This document shows, in pieces, positions 26,554-35,740 of a stretch of DNA of 57,851 nt. How positions within the stretch are numbered: position 1 is the first letter of the stretch; the number at the start of each line of letters is the position of its first letter. The notes below the pieces were generated by a model that saw only the letters and a list, made by a program, of their open reading frames with translations, did no database searches and had not been told where the DNA came from. Made by a program: the position numbers and the translations under genes. Source of the DNA: Chloroflexota bacterium (lineage in GTDB: Bacteria > Chloroflexota > Limnocylindria > QHBO01). The stretch covers positions 1 to 57,851 of the forward strand of contig JBDUEE010000024.1 of assembly GCA_040002615.1 (NCBI GenBank). Direction: 5' to 3'.

Positions 26554-27777
26554 TCAGCCGATGAGCCGAGCGGCCAGTGATCGATTGGCGTCGTAGACCT
26601 GCGCCAGGACGCGTTGGGCCAGGAATGGCTCCGCGGCATGCACGCTGGCCGTTCGGAGGGCACCCGTCGTTGACCCGAGCAGGCTGGCGATGGCCTCTGC
26701 CACCGCTTCGGGATCTCGCGCGATCGCCACCCGGCCGGCGCCAGAGCGATTGACGACGCCGGCGACCTCGCCGACATCAGTCGTCACGACCGGCAGCCCA
26801 CAGGCCAGCGCTTCCAGGCCGACCGTCGGTCCGGTCTCAAAGGCCGAGGTGATCAGCAGCGCATCGGCAGCATTCATGAGTCGAGCCACCGACTCACGCG
26901 GCAGGGTGCCCAGGAGGGTGACCGCTGCGCCGATTCCAAGAGCGCCCAGCTCCGAGCGCAGGCGACCCTCCAATCCGCCTTCCCCGGCTACCAGAAGGTG
27001 TATATCGGGCCGCCGGCGACGGAGCGCCGCAAACGAGCGGACGAGGAGGATCGGATCCTTCTGCCCATCCAGACGCCCCGCGTAAAGGAGCAGCGGCGCG
27101 GATGGACTGAACCCATGCGCCGTCGCCAGTTTCTCGCGCCAGGCGCGGATGTCCTCGGCAGATTCAGGGAAGAAGATGGCGGGGTCGACCCAGTTGGGCA
27201 GGAACTGGAACCGGTCAGCGACGTCGGAGAATCGCGCTCGGTAGTTCGCTGTGATCTCCTCGTTGACGACGAAGATCCGATCCATCCGGCGAAAGCTGCG
27301 CGCTTCGCTGAGCGCCAGCGGACCGGAGATGCCTGCCCATCGGCTCTCGCTGCCTGAGGTCGTCAGGTCGTCAACGCCAAGGTGAACGACCCGCCACATC
27401 GGTCCCGCCCGACGGATGGGAAGGTCCGTGAGCGGGCGGTGGAATGAGCTGACGACACCGGCGCCGAGCTCGCGCCCGTGTCGTGCCAGCGCGCCAACGA
27501 ACCGGGCCGCCAACGGGATCCTGCTGCGTCCTGAGCTTCGGCGGCGGACGACGGGCAAGAATTGAATCGCTCGCCCCTCGAGCTCGACCGCGGCCCAGCG
27601 CCAGGTCGGAAGTGAGGCGCTGATGCCGACCATCGAGACGTCGAAGTCAGCCGGCGCGTACTTCACGAATCCGCGCACGAAGGTCGCGATGCCGCCAATC
27701 CGCATCTCGCCAGCGTCCGCGGGCAGGAAGATCCGCACCGGAACGCGGCTCGACGCCGCGGCGGCCTCCTGCGTCAC
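26554..27777 (-). CDS. Glycosyltransferase family 4 (GT-B)
   Basis: 407 aa. Motifs LLLYAGRLDGQKDP and SAFETGPTVGLEALACGLPVV (the EX7E region). Confidence 0.85.
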   Translation of the reverse strand: MTQEAAAASSRVPVRIFLPADAGEMRIGGIATFVRGFVKYAPADFDVSMVGISASLPTWRWAAVELEGRAIQFLPVVRRRSSGRSRIPLAARFVGALARHGRELGAGVVSSFHRPLTDLPIRRAGPMWRVVHLGVDDLTTSGSESRWAGISGPLALSEARSFRRMDRIFVVNEEITANYRARFSDVADRFQFLPNWVDPAIFFPESAEDIRAWREKLATAHGFSPSAPLLLYAGRLDGQKDPILLVRSFAALRRRRPDIHLLVAGEGGLEGRLRSELGALGIGAAVTLLGTLPRESVARLMNAADALLITSAFETGPTVGLEALACGLPVVTTDVGEVAGVVNRSGAGRVAIARDPEAVAEAIASLLGSTTGALRTASVHAAEPFLAQRVLAQVYDANRSLAARLIG

Positions 27778-29321
27778 GCCTCGGCTTCGCGCGGGCGTTG
27801 CCAGGCGATGGACGCCACGATGCCGATAACAAGGACCATGAGATAGACACGAGATGGCGAGTTGAACATCGAGCTGGCCAGGGATTCAACGAGAGCCTGG
27901 GCGAAGAGCATGCCGGCAGCCAGGCGCAATATCCGCAATTCCTGGCCGTCGTCGCGGCCAACCTCGCGCCACAGCATCCAGCCCAGGGCGGCCAGGAAGG
28001 CCGCGTACCCGAGGAGGCCGATGATGCCCATCTCTCCGAGGATCTGCGGCCAGAACGTATCGGTGGCGGCCGTTGGATTCGGGGGTTTGAGACCGCGGAC
28101 CGTGTCCAGGCCGTATCTGGTGTACAGCGGGCTGTACTGCTGACGGCTCATCCAGCTGCCGAACCGACCCATGCCGCCGCCGAGCGGCAGGTAGTCTCTC
28201 GCGATCTCCACCGAACCCTCGTACAGGGCAAACCGGGCGCGGGCGTTCTCACCCTCGCCGGGAGGTTCCACGATCACCTCGCCGGGGGATGGCGTGGGCT
28301 CCAGTCCCGGCACGCCGATCCCATATTTCTCCAATGTCAGGTCATAGAGGCCGGTCAACAAGGAAAGGAACAGCACGAACAGCACCACGCCGCCCGCGGC
28401 GGCGGGAATCCAGGTGCGGACGAGCGATGACCAGCTGTGAAAGAGGCGCGGGGAGGCCACCAGCGCCGCGAAAGCCCCGGCGGTGAGCGCAAGGATCGCG
28501 CGGCGGCGCGCCGACAGGAACGGACCGGTGGCGACGACCAGCGAGACGAAGAGCCAGCGCAGCTGGCGGGTGACGAGGTAGCGGGCCAGCAGCAGGAGGG
28601 CGACAAAGGTCGTGAAGTAGCCGAACAGGGCCGGGTGGACGAAGACAGATTTGACGACGACGTTCTCGCTCCGAAGCCGCACATAGTGGTTGAGGTTTAG
28701 CAACTCCTGGAAGCGATCCGGGTTGAAGAGCTCGACCGCGCCGAGCATGGCCACGACCACGCCGGCCGCGATCACCACCCACAGCCCGGCTCGCGCTTCG
28801 GTGGCCGAGATGCGGCTCAGCATCACGATGTAGAAGAAGACGATCGCCTTGGCCAGCAGCAGCCCCGCAGGTACCCAGACTCCGACCGGCACGTGGGCCG
28901 CCAGGCTCGAGATCAGACCGGCCAGCACGGCGACCGCGATGGGCAGGTCGCGCGGCCACGACACCCAGGAACGCCAACGCGGCAGCGCGCGCCAGGCGGC
29001 TATAGGCGCCAGCAGGAGCAACGAGACCTCGTCGATACGCTTGATCGGTGCGCCGATATACCAGGCGGTGGTCTCGGAGAACATCATGAACACGGCCATC
29101 GCGAACAGTGCCTCGGCTGGCCGCCAGAGATAGGTCGCGGCGATCAGCAGTGCCCCGCTGACCGGGATGACCACCTGGCGCGCCTGGGCCGGCAGGCCAA
29201 CCGAGGACAGGAGCGTCGGCAGCAGGATCAGGGAGACCAGCAGGAGCGCTGTGCGCAGCACGATGCCCGCAGTCCCTTCCTGACCGATGGCGCTCAGCCA
29301 GCCGCGGCTTCGGACAGTCAT
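27774..29321 (-). CDS. Wzy-type polymerase / O-antigen-ligase-family polytopic membrane protein
   Basis: 515 aa with at least 10 hydrophobic segments. A large loop after the SARRRAILALTAGAF region resembles a Wzy_C-type domain. It has 4-nt overlaps with both neighbouring genes. Confidence 0.65.
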   Translation of the reverse strand: MTVRSRGWLSAIGQEGTAGIVLRTALLLVSLILLPTLLSSVGLPAQARQVVIPVSGALLIAATYLWRPAEALFAMAVFMMFSETTAWYIGAPIKRIDEVSLLLLAPIAAWRALPRWRSWVSWPRDLPIAVAVLAGLISSLAAHVPVGVWVPAGLLLAKAIVFFYIVMLSRISATEARAGLWVVIAAGVVVAMLGAVELFNPDRFQELLNLNHYVRLRSENVVVKSVFVHPALFGYFTTFVALLLLARYLVTRQLRWLFVSLVVATGPFLSARRRAILALTAGAFAALVASPRLFHSWSSLVRTWIPAAAGGVVLFVLFLSLLTGLYDLTLEKYGIGVPGLEPTPSPGEVIVEPPGEGENARARFALYEGSVEIARDYLPLGGGMGRFGSWMSRQQYSPLYTRYGLDTVRGLKPPNPTAATDTFWPQILGEMGIIGLLGYAAFLAALGWMLWREVGRDDGQELRILRLAAGMLFAQALVESLASSMFNSPSRVYLMVLVIGIVASIAWQRPREAEA

Positions 29322-30244
29322 TCGACTCCCGCCGGCAGCCAGGCGGCCAGATCGCGATCGATCAACGAGGCAAGCTTGCGCACCTCGGGGGCGAACTCCT
29401 CGATCAGCTGCGCGCGGAGCTGTGGGTCCATCTCCGCGCGATGACGCGCGCGGCTGTTGAGCTCCAGGAGTGCGCTGCGCGCACGATGCACCATCGGGAA
29501 GCGACGCAGGAGGCGCACGGCGCCAAGCAGCGTTCGGGGCGGCTGAAAGATCAGGCGTTGGAGGACGCTCGATCTGACCCGACGGTTGGCGTTCACCACC
29601 GCGAGCTGCGGCGTGAAAGACGGATCGACGCCAAGGAAGCGGAGGGTCGACTGGTAGACCTCGGCCGTCCGATCACGGAATTCATCGTAGAGGATGATGT
29701 GGATGCGGTCTCGACCGAAGGTGTCGTAGTAGCGCTCCACCTGCTCGGCGAAGCGCACGCTCTGGCGGTAGAAGAGGGTCTCGATGCGGATCGGGCCAGA
29801 CGGAAGCCGTTCACCGCGGCGTCGCATCGGCTCTGCCTCGAGGGCCCCGCCGAAGTCGGGGATGTCCTCCGCGGCATTGAACAGCATCTGGCTGTGCTGC
29901 GCGTGCATGACGTCGACCGGATTCCGCAGCATGACGATGATCTGGGCGTCAGGCCTGAACTCGCGGATCTCGTTCGCCGCGCAATGCGAGTAGAGGTACC
30001 AGGCCGATGCCTCGCCCACCCGCTGGCCCTCGCCCGCATCCTTGAAAAGCGACAGGTACTGGTCCAGCGTCATCCGACCATAGCGTCGAGTGAGGTCGTC
30101 GCCGAAGAAGAGGGGCTCCTTGTGAAACGGCATGAAGACCTGGGGATGCTGGCGCAGGTAGTCATACAGCGCAGTCGTGCCCGACTTGAATGCTCCAACG
30201 ATGAAGAAGTCGGGCCGGCGAGCCTGCGTCGAGGAGCGGTCCAT
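29318..30244 (-). CDS. Sulfotransferase (Sulfotransfer_1-like), paralogue 5
   Basis: ORF 29318..30316 with an ATG at 30244 (MDRSSTQARRPDFFIVGAFKSGTTAL). Motifs MLRNPVDVMHAQHSQ and the C-terminal SLIDRDLAAWL. Confidence 0.85.
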   Translation of the reverse strand: MDRSSTQARRPDFFIVGAFKSGTTALYDYLRQHPQVFMPFHKEPLFFGDDLTRRYGRMTLDQYLSLFKDAGEGQRVGEASAWYLYSHCAANEIREFRPDAQIIVMLRNPVDVMHAQHSQMLFNAAEDIPDFGGALEAEPMRRRGERLPSGPIRIETLFYRQSVRFAEQVERYYDTFGRDRIHIILYDEFRDRTAEVYQSTLRFLGVDPSFTPQLAVVNANRRVRSSVLQRLIFQPPRTLLGAVRLLRRFPMVHRARSALLELNSRARHRAEMDPQLRAQLIEEFAPEVRKLASLIDRDLAAWLPAGVE

Positions 30245-30284
30245 CAGGCTGATGATACCGAGGGATGGATTGTCCGCTGCCGCG

Positions 30285-31829
30285 TTACCGGACCTGCTCG
30301 ACGCGACGCCGCGCAAGAGGGTTGGCCTGGGCGGCGATCTTCAGGACGTCGCGGATCAGCTCGCGGTCGAGCAGCCAGAGCATGGCCAGGAACACGGCGG
30401 CCCCGGCCGGCACGAGGGTGGCGACGACTACGAGCGGCTCGCGGTCGCCCAGGACCATGCGCGATGCCAGCATGACTGCCGCCATGACCGCGGTGGCGGC
30501 CGCCACGCCCCGCATGTTCCCGAGGTACTCGGCGATCTGGATGCCGGCATGGCGGCGCATCCAGAACAGGTTGAGCGGCAGCAACAGGTAGGCCGGTACC
30601 ACGTACGCGGCGGCAACAGCGACGATGCCGAATGGGACCGCCACGACGAAGCCAATGACTGTGGCCACCGTGGTGAGCAGACGCAGCCGGAAGGCGACGT
30701 CTGGACGTCCAACCGCGTTCAGGAGAGCGATGCTGAGCGCCTGCACGGCGACGACCGGTCCGACCAGCAGCAGGACCATGGCGACCGGGCCGCTCTGCTC
30801 CCATCGGGCTCCGAAGAGGACCACGATGAGCTCGCCGGCGACGATCGCCAATGCAACATAGCCAGGGAGGATGACGGCGGCAGCGGCGGCGGTGACGCGG
30901 TTGTACGCGCGCCGCATGCGCTCGGGATCCTCTTGGAGTCGGCTGAAGACAGGAAACGTCATCTTGCGCGTGATCTGCACCAGCACGGCCTGGGTGGCCG
31001 TCAGGATGCGGTAGCCGACGACGTAGAACCCCAGGGTGCTGGTACCCAGAACTGCCCCGACCAGCAGGTTGTCGACGTTGCGGGTCATGAAGGTGATGAC
31101 ATCGCCGGCCATGACATGGATCCCGAAACGGAAGAGGCCGCCGAACGCTGCCCGCGACGCGCGGAAGGAAGGCCGCCACGGCGTGACCCACCACAGGGTG
31201 AGCACTGAGAAGACGGTCGAGGCGATCTGCTGTCCGACAAGGGCCCAGACGCCCATCCCCGCCAGCGCCATGACCACACCGACCACCCCGCCTCCGGCCG
31301 ACGCGGCGAGTGCCCGCAGCGAGAGGCTGCGGAACGCGAGCTGGCGACGCAGTAACGCGATCTGGATGGTGATCAGCGCGGCGGCGAGGAAGGTAGGCGA
31401 AAGCACCTGAAGGATCGGCTGCAGGCCAGGTGCAGCAAGAAGCGCCGAGATGGGACCGGCGAACAGGAACAGGAGCACGGTCAGAAGCCCACCGGTCAGC
31501 ACCGCCACCCAGAACGCGGTGTCGACCTGGATCGGCGTGATCTCGCGACGTTGGACGAGGGCGTCGCCCATGCCCTGGTCGACGATGAGCTGTGCGAAGA
31601 GGACGAAGACCATGGCCAGCGCCACCAGCCCAATGTCCTCGGGCATGAGCAGCCGAGCAAGCACCAGGAAGACCACGAGGTCGATCCCCTGCCGGCCCCA
31701 CGTCCCGATCAATGTCCAGGCAAGCCCGCTGGCGACCTCCTGCCGAAACTGCCGGCGTGACCGGCGCTCGCCGGAGGTCTGCTGCGGCGCGACCAGATTC
31801 GGATCGCCGCCGTCAGTAGGCTCGGACAT
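30285..31829 (-). CDS. wzx: Oligosaccharide-unit flippase (Wzx, MOP superfamily, Polysacc_synt)
   Basis: ORF 30285..31856. About 14 hydrophobic segments. The N-terminal region GLAWTLIGTWGRQGIDLVVFLVLARLL is typical of polysaccharide flippases. The start is either 31856 or the ATG at 31829. Confidence 0.8.
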   Translation of the reverse strand: MSEPTDGGDPNLVAPQQTSGERRSRRQFRQEVASGLAWTLIGTWGRQGIDLVVFLVLARLLMPEDIGLVALAMVFVLFAQLIVDQGMGDALVQRREITPIQVDTAFWVAVLTGGLLTVLLFLFAGPISALLAAPGLQPILQVLSPTFLAAALITIQIALLRRQLAFRSLSLRALAASAGGGVVGVVMALAGMGVWALVGQQIASTVFSVLTLWWVTPWRPSFRASRAAFGGLFRFGIHVMAGDVITFMTRNVDNLLVGAVLGTSTLGFYVVGYRILTATQAVLVQITRKMTFPVFSRLQEDPERMRRAYNRVTAAAAAVILPGYVALAIVAGELIVVLFGARWEQSGPVAMVLLLVGPVVAVQALSIALLNAVGRPDVAFRLRLLTTVATVIGFVVAVPFGIVAVAAAYVVPAYLLLPLNLFWMRRHAGIQIAEYLGNMRGVAAATAVMAAVMLASRMVLGDREPLVVVATLVPAGAAVFLAMLWLLDRELIRDVLKIAAQANPLARRRVEQVR

Positions 31830-31891
31830 GCGGGGGAGTTTAGTGGCACGCGGCACGGGGCTCGCAGCACCGAGCCCACGGGCAGGGCAAA

Positions 31892-33238
31892 ATGCTCGCC
31901 ATGCATTCGGGACAGTCGCGTGAGCCGCGCGTCGCGATCGTTGGACTTGGCTACGTCGGCGCGGTGACTGCCGCCTGCCTGGCTGACCTGGGCAGATCCA
32001 TCGTCGGCGTGGACGTCGACGCCCTCAAGGCGGAGGCGGTGGCGGCGGGCCGCTCCCCCATCGCCGAGCCGGGCCTGGCCGCGCTCGTGGCGGCCGGCGT
32101 CACGGCGGGGCGAATCCGTGTGGCGTCCATCGCCGAAGGCGTGGAGGCTTCCGACGTGGTCATGATCGCGGTCGGCACGCCATCGGCTCCCTCCGGGGCA
32201 CTCGACCTGACCGCGGTGCTGCGTGTGGCCGAGGAGATCGGCGCTGCGCTGCCGCGTGACGAGCAGTTCCGCACCGTGGTCATGCGCAGCACGGTGCTGC
32301 CGGGCACGACCGAGGACGAGGTGCGGCCTGTCCTCGAAGCCGCATCGGGGATGCGGGCGGGCGTCGACTTCGGCCTGGCGATGAATCCGGAGTTCCTGCG
32401 CGAGGGGTCGAGCATCGCCGACTTCCACGAAGCCTCCCGCACGATCATCGGCGCTAACGATGAGGCATCGGCCGAGCAGGTACGAGCGGCGTACGCGGGC
32501 CTCGCCGCTCCCTTCGAACTGGTACCCATCCGTACGGCGGAGATGGTGAAGTACACCGACAACGCGTTCCATGCCACGAAGATCGCCTTTGCCAACGAAG
32601 TCGCCTCGTTTGCGCGTGCCTTTGGCGTGGACGGACGCGAGGCGATGCGGCTGATGATGGCGGATGACCGGCTCAATATCTCGACCGCGTACCTTCGACC
32701 GGGCTTCGCGTTCGGTGGCTCCTGCCTGCCAAAAGACCTGCGCGCGATCACCGATCGAGCGCGCAAGGCCGATATCGACCTCCCGCTCCTCAACGCGGCG
32801 CTGGCCAGCAACGTGGCCCACTTCGAACGCGCTGTGCGACTGATCGAGGAAGCCGGCGGACGCAGGGTCGCATTGCTGGGCCTCTCATTCAAGTCATCCA
32901 CCGACGACCTGCGCGAGTCACCGGCCGTCGGGCTGGCCGAACGATTGCTGGGTCGCGGCTACCAGCTGGGCATCTATGACCCGGAGGTCCACCCGGACCG
33001 GATACGCGGCGCGAACAGGGCATTCATGGAGGTCCACCTCCCCCACATCGCCGGCCTCCTGTGCGGCAGCCTGGATGACGCACTGGCCGCGGCCGATACG
33101 GTCGTGGTCACTAAACGCTGGCCGGAACTCGATGCGCTGGCAGCACTCCTGGACGAGCGGCATCGGGTCGTTGATCTCGTCGGGCTCGAGGGCCTTGGCT
33201 CCGCACTCGCGAATCGGTACGCCGGCATCGGTTGGTGA
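31892..33238 (+). CDS. Nucleotide-sugar 6-dehydrogenase, AlgD-like (candidate GDP-mannose 6-dehydrogenase)
   Basis: 448 aa. Motifs VAIVGLGYVGAVTAACLADLG, AGRSPIAEPGL and PGFAFGGSCLPKDLRA. It resembles GDP-mannose dehydrogenases more closely than Ugd, but the substrate is not certain. Confidence 0.75.
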   Translation: MLAMHSGQSREPRVAIVGLGYVGAVTAACLADLGRSIVGVDVDALKAEAVAAGRSPIAEPGLAALVAAGVTAGRIRVASIAEGVEASDVVMIAVGTPSAPSGALDLTAVLRVAEEIGAALPRDEQFRTVVMRSTVLPGTTEDEVRPVLEAASGMRAGVDFGLAMNPEFLREGSSIADFHEASRTIIGANDEASAEQVRAAYAGLAAPFELVPIRTAEMVKYTDNAFHATKIAFANEVASFARAFGVDGREAMRLMMADDRLNISTAYLRPGFAFGGSCLPKDLRAITDRARKADIDLPLLNAALASNVAHFERAVRLIEEAGGRRVALLGLSFKSSTDDLRESPAVGLAERLLGRGYQLGIYDPEVHPDRIRGANRAFMEVHLPHIAGLLCGSLDDALAAADTVVVTKRWPELDALAALLDERHRVVDLVGLEGLGSALANRYAGIGW

Positions 33239-35322
33239 CCGCGCCGGACACTCCGCCTCCGGGTTCAGCTGCCGGTGAAGAATCGGCGTGGGACACCGCT
33301 GTCTCGACAGAGTCGCCAGCGCACTTCCGCCCCGACATCGAAGGCCTTCGTGCAGTAGCGATCCTCGCTGTCCTGGCCTACCACACCAGGCTCCCGGCCC
33401 TCGTCGGCGGATTCGTGGGCGTCGACGTGTTCTTCGTCATCTCAGGTTTCCTCATCACGGGATTGCTGCTGCGCGAGCTGCGATCGGCGGGCCGGATCGA
33501 TCTACCAGCCTTCTACGCGCGGCGGGCGAGGCGGCTGCTGCCCGCCGCGCTGGTCGTCATCGGCCTCACTGTCGCCGTGTCGGCCCTCGTCCTCTCGCCG
33601 GTGCGATTTCCAGGCGTCGCCGCCGACGGAGCCGCCGCCGCGCTGTATGTCTCGAATTACCGCTACGCGGTGATCGCAACCGACTACTTCGCCGCTAACG
33701 GTCAGCCGTCCCCATTGCTCCATTTCTGGTCCCTCGGCGTCGAGGAGCAGTTCTATCTATTCTGGCCGATCCTCCTCGTGGTGGCCGTCCGCATCCTGGG
33801 GTCCGCACGCCTCTGGCTGATCCTGGCGATATTAGCCCTCGGGTCGTTCGCTCTTTCCGTGGTCATCACCGACGTGGAAGCTCCCTGGGCCTTTTATTCG
33901 CTGCCAACCCGCGTTTGGCAGCTCGCGCTCGGCGGCCTCGTCGGCCTGATGGTGCCGGGGCTCGACCATCGAGTGCCCAGGCCCATCTTTGCCGCCGTCG
34001 GCCTGCTGGGCATTGCACTCATCGCGAGCGCAGTTGTCCTCATCGACGAGACGACACCGTTTCCGGGATACGCCGCGCTGCTGCCGGCCGTGGGCGGCGC
34101 CCTGGTCATCCTCGGCGGCCAGCACGCGGGGGTGATGCCAGGGCGCATCCTTGCGACGCCGCCATTCCGGTGGTTTGGCCGCATCTCGTACTCGCTCTAC
34201 CTCTGGCATTGGCCGATCCTGATCCTCGGTCCGATCGTCCTGGGCCGCGGCGGCCTTCGCGTGAGGGTCGCCCTTGCTTTGCTTTCCATCGGCGTTGCCG
34301 CCCTGAGCACGCGCTACGTCGAATCGCCGTTCCGCTTCGGCCGATGGCCGCGAACCAGCGGCCGCACGCTGCTCGCCTCCGCCGCCTGCTCGATGATCAT
34401 CTCCGGGGCTGCAGTGCTGGCCTCAACTAACCTCTCGCACACGGAGGCACAGGCTCCCACCCCAACCCTCGGACCCAAAACAGCGACACGGCCACAACTG
34501 CCGCATCCGCTCTTGTCCGGGCCGTTGCCGGCGGATCTCGCGCCGGCGCTCGCCGATGCCAGAGAGGATCGCGGAGACGTGCGAGGGGACGGCTGCGAAG
34601 CTCGTGTGACCGAATCAGCGATCCGCGACTGCGTCTACGGGTCGCCGACCTCATCGACCACGGTCGTACTGCTCGGTGATTCGCACGCGTCTATGTGGAT
34701 GCCGGCGATCCAGGCGATCGGGGATCAGCGAGGCTGGCGCATCGTGGCGCTGCTCAAGCCCGCCTGCTCGCCCGTGATGGTGACCGTGTGGGAACGCGCC
34801 TTGAATCGGGCGTTCCGCGAATGCGATGCATGGCGACAGGGCGCGCTGGCGCGGGTGCACGACGTGCATCCCTCGATCGTTTTCGTCACATCGTCGCGGA
34901 CTTATGACATCGTGGATGCAGACGGGAACCTCCTGAAATCGGACAGGGCCGGGCCGTGGAAGGCAGGGCTCGTTGCGCTCCTCCGTGAGCTGAAGCGCGA
35001 CAGCGACCGGGTGGTGCTCATCGGGGAGATACCTCGCCACCGGAGCGATCCGGTCGAGTGCCTGGCGTCCCGAGGGCTCCTGGAAGAGTGCGTTGCGCTC
35101 CGATCGCAGACGGTCCGCCAGAGTTACCAGGCGATCGAGCAGAGGGCAGCGGATAAGGCCGGCATCGACCTGATCGAGCCGGTTGACTGGCTCTGCCAGG
35201 AGCTCTCCTGTGCGCTGGTGCTTGACCAGTACCTCGTTTACCGCAGTCGCGGACACATCACCGCCACGGCTGCGCTGCTCTTGGCGCCACAGATGCGATG
35301 GGAACTCGATCACCACGGGTAG
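33235..35322 (+). CDS. O-acyltransferase, Acyl_transf_3 membrane domain fused to SGNH domain (OafA-like), copy 1
   Basis: ORF 33232..35322. Motifs FRPDIEGLRAVAILAVLAYH and FFVISGFLIT. The C-terminal SGNH-type block is VVLLGDSHASMW. GTGA start/stop overlap with the dehydrogenase. Confidence 0.85.
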   Translation: MTAPDTPPPGSAAGEESAWDTAVSTESPAHFRPDIEGLRAVAILAVLAYHTRLPALVGGFVGVDVFFVISGFLITGLLLRELRSAGRIDLPAFYARRARRLLPAALVVIGLTVAVSALVLSPVRFPGVAADGAAAALYVSNYRYAVIATDYFAANGQPSPLLHFWSLGVEEQFYLFWPILLVVAVRILGSARLWLILAILALGSFALSVVITDVEAPWAFYSLPTRVWQLALGGLVGLMVPGLDHRVPRPIFAAVGLLGIALIASAVVLIDETTPFPGYAALLPAVGGALVILGGQHAGVMPGRILATPPFRWFGRISYSLYLWHWPILILGPIVLGRGGLRVRVALALLSIGVAALSTRYVESPFRFGRWPRTSGRTLLASAACSMIISGAAVLASTNLSHTEAQAPTPTLGPKTATRPQLPHPLLSGPLPADLAPALADAREDRGDVRGDGCEARVTESAIRDCVYGSPTSSTTVVLLGDSHASMWMPAIQAIGDQRGWRIVALLKPACSPVMVTVWERALNRAFRECDAWRQGALARVHDVHPSIVFVTSSRTYDIVDADGNLLKSDRAGPWKAGLVALLRELKRDSDRVVLIGEIPRHRSDPVECLASRGLLEECVALRSQTVRQSYQAIEQRAADKAGIDLIEPVDWLCQELSCALVLDQYLVYRSRGHITATAALLLAPQMRWELDHHG

Positions 35323-35403
35323 GCCGCCGGGCCCTGGTCGAAGACCTGCCCGTAAGGCACGCGGCACCTGGGCTCGCAGCGCCGAGCCGACTGGCAGGGC
35401 ACA

Positions 35404-35740
35404 ATGCTCGCCATGCATCCGGGACAGTCGCGTGAGCCACGCATCGCGATCGTTGGACTCGACTACGTCGGCGCGGTGACCGCCGCCTGCCTGGCTGACC
35501 TGGGGAGGTCGATCATCGGCTGGCCAGCAATGCAGCCCACTTCCCTCATATCGCCGCCCCCTGTGCGGCAGCCTGGATGACGCATTGGCCGCAGCCGACA
35601 CGGTCGTCGTGACGAAACGCTGGCCGGAGCTCGATGCGCTGGCAGCACTCCTGGACGAGCGGCATCGGGTCGTCGACCTGGTCGGGCTCGACGGATTCCC
35701 GAGGCCGATGTCGAATCGGCACCTCGGGATTGGCTGGTGA
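35404..35740 (+). pseudogene. Remnant of a second AlgD-like dehydrogenase gene (internal deletion of about 1 kb, frameshift)
   Basis: 35371-35520 aligns with the promoter-proximal and 5' coding part of 31892..33238. About 35535-35740 aligns with its last roughly 200 nt, including the GTGA junction. The Rossmann GLGYVG has become GLDYVG. Reading from the ATG at 35404 stops at 35578-35580 after 58 codons because the 3' piece is out of frame. Confidence 0.85.

Noticed and set aside
34651-35601. A 316-aa minus-strand ORF spans the gap between the two acyltransferase genes. Its N-terminal part resembles part of ORF 31709..32821.
   Set aside because: It is the antisense reading of the acyltransferase 3' end and of the dehydrogenase remnant. 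The resemblance to 31709..32821 is explained by the segmental duplication. It has no coding-like features.
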